In this document: piece after piece, positions 39,608 through 49,978 of the stretch
Layout of the letters: each line of letters starts with the position of its first letter
Position numbering within the stretch: position 1 is the first letter of the stretch
Assembly (NCBI GenBank): GCA_052426225.1
Contig: JBNJNM010000011.1
Coordinates: 3,720,001 to 3,784,000, forward strand
DNA: 64,000 nucleotides
Direction: 5' to 3'
Origin: Zancudomyces culisetae HAW-14-8
Taxonomy: Eukaryota; Fungi; Kickxellomycota
Position numbers and translations under genes: made by a program
Notes under the pieces: model-generated
Seen by the model: the letters and a program-made list of their open reading frames with translations, nothing else
What the model was told of the DNA's origin: nothing
The model's database searches: none

Positions 39608-41176
39608 ATGATACCGGTAAAGCTCAAAGAAAGGTTTAAAAAGGGCGGAATTGCAAAAAGGATCCTTGGCCTTTCAAAGAAAATCAATAATAAGCATAGG
39701 TTTGTGGAAGAGAAGCGTATTGAGGAGTCGATCCAAGAAGAAAAATTACGCAGAAAATCCAGCTTTTTTGTGCAAAGCCCAGAGTCGCGGAATCAAAATC
39801 CCACATTCTCCAAGCCAGAGATTTTTAATGAAAAGTATGTAAAATTATCGAAAGATAAGCGTGTGATGCTATACACAGTTGAGAATGGGCCTATTTATAG
39901 TACAAGCTTACTTAAAGTCATGCAAGATGACACAGCTTTTATGGATAGGGTTAAAAAGTGCGATCGTACCAGGAGAGAATATGCGAATAGTGAAAAAAGT
40001 GAACTCATGCCAACTGAAAAATATAATGGTGATGGGAGAACGCAGCAGGAGGAGAAACGGCAACAACCACAAGAGTCGGTCACAGACGAATGTGGTTTAA
40101 AGATGGCAGAAGCGTTCTATCGCGGTGAGAAAGAAAGCATGTTTTGGTTGGATGTGGTAGATCCAACAGATGAGGAGCTTGAGTACCTAGAAAGAGAACT
40201 TGACTTGCATAGGTTAACAGTAGAGAGTATCCAAGAAGTTGATTTTGGAGTGGATATTGTATCAAAGTTTCCAGGATACATGTTTGCGGCTTTCAACATT
40301 TTAGAAGAGGGTGACAACACAGGCACGCAGTGCGCTGAATATTTCAGCTCAAGATGCTCGTTTATCCTTAAAGGTGGAGGAATTTTAACTTTTAGGCAAA
40401 CTGAAACGATTATTCAACGAGATGATTTGATATTAGAGTTGAAAAGGCTTCAACAATTTGGATATCAACATACAATAAGCCCAGAGTATATTCTGCACAA
40501 ACACATAATGACCATGGTTGAAAATGTACTTATGTATATGAATATTATCGAAAAACTTTCATTTGGCTTCAATGACTATGCTTTGAGTAGTGCTAGTGAA
40601 AAGGATGTCAAAAAAACTATATTATACTTACGCAGGGGAATAACGCTTGGTCTGAGAAATTTACTCTCCAAACCCAGGGTTCTACGGCTGCTTATTCGAG
40701 AACTAGAAAAACGACGAATAGGCGACCTACCAAGAGTAGAAAAGGCCCTGGGTTTAACCAACGTTGTGCAGGGAAAACCAATTCTCGGTGCTTGGAACTT
40801 GGCCACATCACTGGAATCGGCGTTAAGTCAGATGAATATTATGTTGATTTCATGCATCCACTTTGAATCCATGGCCTCACAATCTTATGCACACTATCTC
40901 GAACTCCAAACTGTGAACGCTGTTGAAGATGAAAGAGCGAGTTCGGAGTTTTTATACAAGATAACCGCTTTTACTTGTGTTTTTTCTGTTTCCACAGCTA
41001 TTTCTGGTCTTTTTGGTATGAACGTTGATGTCCCATTTAAAGTAGACAACGAAGACCCCCTCTCTATTCTTTTTAACAAGAACAGCTCAGTCTTTATTTT
41101 TATCACATCATGTGTCTTGTTGCTTTCGGGATCGTTATATTTTTATTTATACTTTTACGTTTATAGATCACGATGA
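39608..41176 (+). CDS. Second, divergent CorA-family divalent cation transporter
   Basis: FWLDVVDPTDEEL..LDLHRLTVE, ISGLFGMNVDVP (GMN motif), two C-terminal TM helices. Confidence 0.85.
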   Translation: MIPVKLKERFKKGGIAKRILGLSKKINNKHRFVEEKRIEESIQEEKLRRKSSFFVQSPESRNQNPTFSKPEIFNEKYVKLSKDKRVMLYTVENGPIYSTSLLKVMQDDTAFMDRVKKCDRTRREYANSEKSELMPTEKYNGDGRTQQEEKRQQPQESVTDECGLKMAEAFYRGEKESMFWLDVVDPTDEELEYLERELDLHRLTVESIQEVDFGVDIVSKFPGYMFAAFNILEEGDNTGTQCAEYFSSRCSFILKGGGILTFRQTETIIQRDDLILELKRLQQFGYQHTISPEYILHKHIMTMVENVLMYMNIIEKLSFGFNDYALSSASEKDVKKTILYLRRGITLGLRNLLSKPRVLRLLIRELEKRRIGDLPRVEKALGLTNVVQGKPILGAWNLATSLESALSQMNIMLISCIHFESMASQSYAHYLELQTVNAVEDERASSEFLYKITAFTCVFSVSTAISGLFGMNVDVPFKVDNEDPLSILFNKNSSVFIFITSCVLLLSGSLYFYLYFYVYRSR

Positions 41177-41886
41177 CTTTTTTTCAGCGAGCCTGTTAGT
41201 CTTTTTTTTGACAGGCTTAGTTTTCAGTACTAGCAATTATGTATATCAGATAAACTTGCAAATCATAAAAGTGCTTAGGATAGCTTATCCTTCAAAATCA
41301 TTAGCCAAAGGGTTGTTTATGGTTTTTTCTTTTGTGCTTTGTTTTCTACGTCTTGCCACTCTTTTAAGCTCACCCACTCGCTTATCTAGGAAAAATCAGC
41401 AGCTCCAAGGGACTTTTTGCCCGAAAGTGGTTCTATTATAAGTATACTTGCATCTCTGTATCTGACACATTTTACACTAGCTATCTATGTCAGCAAGCCA
41501 ATCAAGGTTTAATCACAATGTGTTTATTACAATACTGTACTACTTCCATACTCTAGACGTGTTTTTTAAGCAAATCACTCGTCCTCAGCATGTGCTATGA
41601 AAAAAAATTTTTTTCTTGTTTCAAATGAAAACCTTATTGCTTGCTCAATATTAACCCATTACTAATCTGGCTTTGATCATTTGTTTACCAATATTGATGC
41701 CTTTGAGTTTAGCCCAGTCTGACATGAGAAAAAAATTACTATGAGTAAATGGAGTGCAGAAACGCTAAAGCAGATGAAAAAGAAAAAAACAAGCAATTTT
41801 TATAATTACTTATTAAATTGATAAAATCTCTTGTGGAACTTTAAACCTGAAAAAAAACAATAAACAAAAAGGGTAAAAATACTAAA

Positions 41887-43181
41887 ATGTTTGCTGCCAA
41901 AAGAGTACTCGGAACCTCAATCAGAACATTCTCCTCCTCAGCTTCTGCTGTAAGAACTCTTACTTAATCTCTCTTTTCCCACTTGAGTACAAAGATTTGT
42001 AGATCGAATCTTGTGGCAGGTTTTGATGCAAACTCCGATAACACGGGGTTTTAAAAAGAGGAAACAAAGAGAGCAAAAGTCGATCTGTTACTAATTCCCC
42101 TTTGCTTACTGTACTAAATAGAAAGGCGCTAATGTAACCGTGTTAGGAGCGGCAGGTGGTATTGGTCAGCCACTCTCCTTGCTTTTGAAGACAAACCCAC
42201 TCGTCTCAAGATTGAACTTGTACGATGTAGTAAACAGTGTGGGTGTTGCTGCCGATGTCAGTCACATCAACCATGAAAGCGAGGTTGCTGGATTTTTGCC
42301 TGAAAATGACGGATTGAAGAAATCTTTGGATGGTGCAGATGTTGTTTTGATCCCTGCAGGAGTTCCTCGCAAACCAGGAATGACCAGAGATGATTTGTTC
42401 AATACCAATGCAGGTATTGTTAAGACCTTGACAACAGCTTGTGCAGAGTAATTCCGCTTTTTTCTTTTTTTTTTCAACTAACTACTGTTGTGTATGGTAA
42501 TATGCGACTATTTTCTGTCAGTTCTATAACATCACTTTGCCCAATTGTATTTATTTTAGAGTTTGCCCCAACGCCAAGATTTTGATTATCTCAAACCCAG
42601 TGAACTCAACTGTTCCAATTGCCTCTGAGGTCTACAAGAAGCATGGTGTTGATGGATCCAAAAAAATCTTTGGTGTTACAACACTCGATCTGGTCAGAGC
42701 CTCAAGATTTGTCTATGAGAAGCTTGGTAAGATTGTAAACGTCCCAGTAATTGGTGGTCACGCAGGAACAACCATCATTCCATTGTTCTCTCAAGTTGAG
42801 GGTCTTAAACTTTCAAAAGAAGAGCTTGAAGCATTGACCTACCGTGTACAGTTTGGTGGTGACGAAGTTGTCAAGGCTAAGGCAGGAACTGGCTCAGCCA
42901 CTTTGTCCATGGCATTTGCAGGCGCCCGCTTTGCTGACTCTGTGATCCGTGGCTCCAACGGAGAGGAAATCGTTGAATGTGCCTTTGTACGCACTGATTT
43001 GTACAAGTCAGAGGGAATTGACTACTTCTCCACATTTGTTAAGCTTGGTCCAAATGGAGTCGAGACTATTCTTCCTATTCCAAAGGATATTACTGCTTAC
43101 GAGAAGGGGCTCATTGCCGAAGGCATTAAACAACTTCAAGCCAGTGAAAAGAAGGGTGTAGAGTTTGCCAGCAAGCAATAA
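41887..43181 (+). CDS. MDH1: Mitochondrial malate dehydrogenase (exons 41887-41949, 42122-42447, 42560-43181)
   Basis: Presequence [18 protein letters not shown]; [52 protein letters not shown]. Confidence 0.96.
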
Positions 43182-44092
43182 TCACGTTTTATTATCGTAC
43201 AATTCTACTTTGATTTTTATTCAAATATAGTCTTACTTTGGAAACAAGAGTAAGTTGAATAAAGAGGATCGTAATATTTTTTTGGATAAATTACACAGTA
43301 CAACTATTTAATGACACACTTTTTTTTTGCGTTGCACGCTCGATTGTGGTGGTAGGGTGTTCTTTCAAAAGTATGAGTGTGCATCTTGGTATTTTGTATT
43401 TGTTGTCTTGTAGGCGATACTTGCGTCAAGTTCAGTGTCGAGAATTGGGTATGGCTTGGGTATGCCTGTATAATAGTATCTGTGTGTTTCTCTAGCGCAC
43501 GAAAATAATACAAACAAAAGATAGGTATGTGTATCAATACAAACCCACAACCTCGCGTCTATTTTGGAACAAGAACAGCCACTATTTTACACACCCATCT
43601 GCTAATTTATACATGAACATGAATGAGTTTTGTTTGTTCATTTGTTTATGGTTCATGTATAATCAACGTCACTCAAAAATGCTTGCAAGTCATATTAGCA
43701 TTTTTTTCAATAAAACACTGTTATCATCTCTCACTTTTATCTTTTCTTATTCTTTTTCTACTTTTATGGGTAGAGTAAGATGGTAGGTAAAAATAAAAAG
43801 TTGAGTATGATATATCACCATTTATACCATTAGTAAACTTTGAAATCTGCTCATAGTCGCTAATACTATCCTAATGAGTAAAACGTTTTATATGTACACT
43901 ATATTTCATTTTGATTCTTCGAAGCTGAGTATACTCTGTATTCAAAAGAATAAACCTGGATTGCAACTGGTCGAATAGTATATAAAAGTACCGCTCGTTT
44001 GTGGTATAGCACTTTGCCTACTTTAAAAGAATCGACTTAATATTGAAGAACATTTTTTTTAAAAAACAAATTAAATAAAAATAACAAGAGAA

Positions 44093-44803
44093 ATGAAGTT
44101 AAACGCAATGCTGATGATACTCACATTGAGTTTAATTGCTATATTTTGTGTAATTGTACCATATAGTGCATATAGGCTAATAGTTTTAATTGCAGGCAAG
44201 GACCTGGTGGACATAAATTCGGTGTATTGTGGTCTCGATCGGGAAACGCAATGCTTTACATCCGTGAAATACCCCCTATCAAATCTAGGAACATATATGT
44301 TCGAATACAAGTGTAGTACAAATAATTTCTACATGAATTTTGCAGTTCAAGGAGCCAACGAGAACTGTGAGGTGCAAGCCATGCTAAGCTATGATGAATT
44401 GAACCTTCCATATTCATTAGAAATAAAGGACATTCGGCTGAGTGAGACGGATATAATTTCAGATAGAGAGAAAGCTGGAGCTAGGTTTTTTCGTAAAAAC
44501 AGAGAGATGGTTCTTTCGATGATAAAAAGAAAGGGATCCGAGGAGGATGAGGGAAATACCTATGTAAAGTCAATATTTACGCATGATTCGAACAAAGAAA
44601 CGCCCGAAAATGGAAAGCCAGTTTATTTACTACACAAAGACAAGATTTTCAGCGGTGGAACCGGGAGTTTGTGTAATGGTAAATTTAACAAGACGGCATC
44701 GTTATCTGATATCTTTAGCCCTGGCCACAGCCTCAGATTTATTATTATAGTCATGAGCAAAGCATGTATTGCAAACAACTTTTTAATTTGTTGTGAGAAG
44801 TAG
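44093..44803 (+). CDS. Hypothetical Cys-rich protein with N-terminal signal/anchor
   Basis: 236-aa ORF, hydrophobic N-terminus, TATAAAAG near 43981; no recognisable domain. Confidence 0.65.
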   Translation: MKLNAMLMILTLSLIAIFCVIVPYSAYRLIVLIAGKDLVDINSVYCGLDRETQCFTSVKYPLSNLGTYMFEYKCSTNNFYMNFAVQGANENCEVQAMLSYDELNLPYSLEIKDIRLSETDIISDREKAGARFFRKNREMVLSMIKRKGSEEDEGNTYVKSIFTHDSNKETPENGKPVYLLHKDKIFSGGTGSLCNGKFNKTASLSDIFSPGHSLRFIIIVMSKACIANNFLICCEK

Positions 44804-45495
44804 TCGAAATGCTGTACTCCTAAACCGCGTCGATTTTATATTTATGAACACTGTCAACTGTTGACTTTTGTTTGCGTATTGTTAATATTATAGAAATTTA
44901 ACGGTGCTGTATGTGCTATAGAGCAGCTTTATAAGGTTATACAGATAGGCTGATTTTATCAAAATAAAGGGGTGTCAATGTAAAGTCGGAAGATTTGAGG
45001 GTTTGGAGAAGCTGGAAAATTAAGCGCTCAACAATCGCAAGTGTGTATGTATGGTGCTTTTTTGCCAGGTGTTGAATCTACAGGTTGAAGTTTTGCCCTT
45101 ACTCGTTTTGTTTTTGAAGCTTGGAGCTAAATATGTGCTTAATTTTTTTAAGCTGTAGGAAAGGTCAACGCAATGGTTTCATTAGTTTTTTTTCTTTTCT
45201 TTTGATTATATTGCTAAGAGTGAGTTCAGTTGGATCAGATATAATGATATCCCGTTTTTTTTATACATTAGCCGGAGGTTTATTATAATTTTACGATTAT
45301 TTTGTAATTATGGATTCCACTTGTGAGGCTTGAAGCAAAAAAAAAACTATTTAAACCCAAAGGTCACAATAAATACCAGAAATCAATGTCAGACAAATCG
45401 AGTAGCTATATAGTTTTGGGTTATTGAAATTACTCTTTTACTTGAAAAGAACATAAAAAATCCATCCTCAAAAACAAATAAAAAAAGCTGTCGAG

Positions 45496-46936
45496 ATGGA
45501 GGGAATGGAGGAAGAAAAGATAAGGATAGCTAAGGGCAATGAAATCGAAACTTGTACAAATGAAGTTCACATGAACATGAACAACATTTTGTACCAAAAT
45601 ATCCTATCATCTGTATATTTCAAAGGACTCTAGTAAGTGTGGTTTTTGGTATAGTTACTAGATATGCACAATAGAAAAAAGTAATGTTGTCAGTAGATAC
45701 TCCTTTTATAAAATGTATGCTTCCCTTTCTCAGTGTAAAGATATGTGAATTTAATCAACTAAAAATAGTAATTACAAGACATACCACGAAGTGCTATCAG
45801 AAATTCAAAGAAAAGGTATTTGTGAATGGTTAATACAGTTTATTTTTTTTGTGCTTAAAGTGTTTTTCCATTAATTTATACGAATTTTTGGAATGTGTTA
45901 ACGAGAAATTTTGTTACAAATAGCTGATTGCATAGGTAAGCAAAGGGGAGTATAAGAAAATAGTTTCTGTAGCGGAAATGCTTTGATGATGCAGAATTTC
46001 AAGTAATAATAACAGCTGTTTCACAAAAAAGATTTTAAATAGTTATAATTTAGCATTAAAATAAAATACAAAACTCATATAGAACCATTCCTGAAGGGAA
46101 CTATAGTCTCGACGTCGTTTTGTCTCTTGTATAAACTATGGACTTTACGACTTACTTTTAAGCAGGTCAGGGGTTTGTTGAATAACAAAGAGAGTAGCTA
46201 CGCGAAGGCAATAGGAATGTTGTATTTACGATATGTAGCGAAACCTGAAACATTATGGGAATGGTACAAACCGTTGCTGGAGCCAGGAACAGGTTCAGAG
46301 CAAATAAATGTACAAAGCGGTGTCAGACCAAGAACTACAACAATAGCAAAATTGGCACAGGAGTTGCTTACTGAGAATAAGTTTGAGGGAACAACACTAC
46401 CACGGATACCTATACCTCTTCAGCGTAAATTTGAAAAATATTTGGTGGATTATAGTGATAATACAAAGAGCGAAAATAAAAGTAAACTGGGTGAGGATGA
46501 AGAAGTCTTCAATAATGCGAGGGAAGATAAACACGATAAACATAGAGATATGGGTAGGAGTAGGAGTAGGAGCAGAGATATGAGTAGGGATAGAGATAGG
46601 AGTACGGACAGGGACAGGAGTAGAGACAGGGACAGGGGCAGGAGTAGGGACAGAGATAGGGATAGGGATAGGGATAGGGACAGAGATAGGGATAGGGATA
46701 GGGACAGAGATAGGGACAGAGATAGAGGTAGGAGTAGGAACAGAGATATGAGCAGGGGTAGAGATAGAGATAGAGATAGATATGGTGGCGGAGGTGGACG
46801 AAAAAGGTATTACCCAGAAGGCAACAGTCCTATCAGATCACACAGAGCTATGAGAACAAGCCAGTATTCTTCGCAATATGCAGAAGCGGAAAGCAAGTAC
46901 GATGACTTTGGCCGTTTGATCAAGAAGAAAAAATAG
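45496..46936 (+). CDS. PRPF38B: Splicing factor PRP38B-like with RS/RD tail (exons 45496-45632, 45769-45815, 45924-45935, 46083-46936)
   Basis: MNMNNILYQNILSSVYFK..KTYHEVLSEI..IEPF..FCLLYKLWTLRLT..GMLYLRY..LPRIPIP; (RD)n tail. Confidence 0.88.
46545..46782 (+). repeat. Coding (GAYAGR)n repeat giving an Arg-Asp/Arg-Ser tract
   Basis: Tandem gatagg/gacaga units. Confidence 0.92.
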
Positions 46937-47284
46937 GATGATATGGCTTTCCTTTATTCTCTTCTTAGTACCTTTTATTGAGAATAGGTGCTATATATAG
47001 GTAATGACAGGGCGAAGAAATGTTTTATAGTGACCGTCTTTGTTATTTAGATCATTGTATAATTTTCATGTTGTCACATTATTTAATATTTACCATTAAA
47101 CCGCTATAAAAGCCATAAAAGAGAGTGATATAATGAAATAAAAGTATCTTAGGAAAAGAAAAGATAAAATAACAATAAATAGGTTGGTGATTAGATAATT
47201 GGGGGAAGGGGAAAGCTGTGTGTGTTGAAGGAAGAATATGTGGAGAGGGAAGAGGAGTGGAGAAGGGGAAGATAAGCGTGGTTT

Positions 47285-47874
47285 TTAGTTCTCTTCAGCC
47301 CAGACGTTTTCGCGTTTGATGTTTTCCATTTCTTCAGGTGAAAAATCGTTTACGATATTGAACATGGTGCGGATTTCGTCTGCAGTCTTTCCTTTCATGA
47401 GATTAGCAACAGTCTTGCAGCCCAAGTCTCTATTTTAAGAAAACAAACAAAAAAGAGTGAGTAAAAGAAGAAAAATGGCGCGTGGAACATTTCAATCCCC
47501 AAGAATAAGTGAAAAAAGAAACAAAAAGAAAGACAAGCTTACAATAGTGGTTTGATGTCCAAATAATTTGCCGCCAAGAGTAGTTCAAAGATAACATCAT
47601 GATCTAGCTCCATAAACTTTTTATCCCAAGGAAGAATGTCCTCCGAGTTTTTTGGACCTTCATCGAATTCTTCTTGGGTCATTGGTGGATCATTTCGGTG
47701 GAATTCGCAATAGTCAACTATTTTCTTAAGTATGACTTCCGAAACGTTGGGAAGAGGGATAGGTTCATCACTTTCTCCTACGTCTTCCAACATGCTCTTA
47801 ATTAGGGAGGATTGCTCTGCTACTATTCTGTCTACTTGGATAGGCTCTCCATCTGAAGCTCTTAAGAATACCAT
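47285..47874 (-). CDS. SKP1: SCF subunit Skp1 (exons 47874-47543, 47429-47285)
   Basis: [56 protein letters not shown]. Confidence 0.96.
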
Positions 47875-49501
47875 TGTGTTGCTGTTTTGTCGGTTGTTTT
47901 TGGTTTTAGAAAATAAATCTATAACGATATAGACGGTAAATACCTTTTTGAAGCTAGAGTACAAGTAGTTTTTTTTTGTCTGCTTTCGCCTGTTTTATAT
48001 ATAAAAATGGTAAAAAGATGCTGGCTTTATTTAAATTAAAATTTATTAATTTGAAGGATGTTTTTCAGCATTTCATTTGCTGTAATTTTTTTTAGCTTTT
48101 CCAGATTTCCTGTGGTAGAATTTGGAAAAGAAGGGTTTGGTTTAATAGAATGGGCACCAGCCACGGATAATTATTTTTTTGGAGAGGGGGGGTGGGGAGC
48201 AAACGGGAAGTCTATAGAAGTGTGAATTACACACAATTATAGACATTTGTCGAAAATAGCCGATGTTGCTACGGAATTGAAGAGTGAGATAGACACTAGT
48301 ATATTTTTATCTAGTCTTATAATGGCTATATCTTTTTTTCGTTTATGTGTTATGTTTTGTTATTGCTTTATCAAACGCACATTTAAAATATGCAAAAACA
48401 AGGGATGAAAATAAAGATGGAGCAAAAGAAAAACGGCAATTGGCATTGTTACATGTTGGAGTTTCGTAAAAAGTAAAATCGTATTGTTTTAATGGGTCGA
48501 AATGCGTGTTTCCAAAATCAAGTCAAGGTAGCTTTCAATGAAATACCACTGATTATTTTATGACAAAATTATGCCAGAGTATTAGTAAATCTCTACATTG
48601 ATTAAATTAGCGCAGTTTTGAACTTGTTTGTAAAATTCCGCAGCAAAAAAAAAGTGACGGGTTTATTTGGAAAAAGGTCATTTTATATGCAATTGGTAAT
48701 GTCCTGCATTTGACCAGCATCCTGGTTAGTATTTAGAGTTCCAGCGCTATCCAGTAGTAATGAAAGGTATACCGCTTTACACTACCGATGCGCATACGTT
48801 ATGTACATACTTTCTCGAGCTGCCGTAACTGGATGATGGGAAGTGGAGCAGGACCTTTCAAAAAAAAAATTAAAAGCATATGTAAAAATAACACAGATAG
48901 AGATGCACACAACATCACATGTAGGTAGCTTTGATTTACTGTCCACACCAGTTGCATCTCAACTGATCACTCCCATCATATCACACTGACCACATTAACG
49001 TTGTAGAAGGTAACGTTCATTAAATGTGAATTTAAAGGAAATGTGTATCCATATGCATAGGTGTATACATTTACTTTTCAAGATAACATCAACAACAAAA
49101 TATCTGGGTAATGGTATGTCCTTTTATCAAAGAAACAGTTAACATTGCTGTAAAGTCTGCTAATAGACAAGAACAATAGCGATTGACAAGATTGAAAAAA
49201 AAAAATTTTTCCTACACATCCTCAAAAAAAATCACGCAAATTCTGTAGGGGAGTAGTCACAAATGGGGAAAGAAGATTGGGTTAGAGGGATGAAGTGGGG
49301 GCATATAGCACTTTGAATTGCAAAAAAGAAAATAAAAGAAAATAAAATAAAAGAAAAAATAACGTGTTATTGTAATCCTAGTTGTCATTCTTTTCACAAC
49401 AAAAATCGTGAGCTATACCATAAAAAAACAGTTTGCACACTAAAAAAAAACTTATATTCCAAAAACAAATCCACCTACCATAGAAGGATAGAAATAGCAA
49501 A

Positions 49502-49978
49502 ATGTCAAAAGTTGGTGAAACGCGGCTAATAGAGGAAAGAAAACAGTGGAGAAAAGATCATCCTTTCGGGTTTTATGCAAAACCCACCAAAGGTAAAGAC
49601 GGACAACTCAATCTATATGAATGGGAATGTGGAATTCCAGGAAAGAAAGACACGATTTGGGAGCAGGGACTGTATAAATGTGTGTTACTTTTCCCGAGCG
49701 AGTATCCGTCGAAGCCACCAAAATGTCAGTTCCGGCCCCCATTGTTTCATCCAAATGTGTTTCCTTCGGGTACTGTGTGTCTATCGATTCTGAACGAAGA
49801 GAAAGGGTGGAGACCAGGAATTACTGTTAAGAATATACTGCTCGGGATCCAGAATTTATTGGATGAGCCAAACAATAACGATCCAGCGCAGGCAGACGCG
49901 TATCATCTGTATAGAAAAAACCGAGTGCAATACGAAGAAAGAGTGCGGGAGCAAGCAAAACAGTTTCGACCGGTCTAA
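49502..49978 (+). CDS. UBC9: SUMO-conjugating enzyme Ubc9
   Basis: [44 protein letters not shown]. Confidence 0.97.
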   Translation: MSKVGETRLIEERKQWRKDHPFGFYAKPTKGKDGQLNLYEWECGIPGKKDTIWEQGLYKCVLLFPSEYPSKPPKCQFRPPLFHPNVFPSGTVCLSILNEEKGWRPGITVKNILLGIQNLLDEPNNNDPAQADAYHLYRKNRVQYEERVREQAKQFRPV

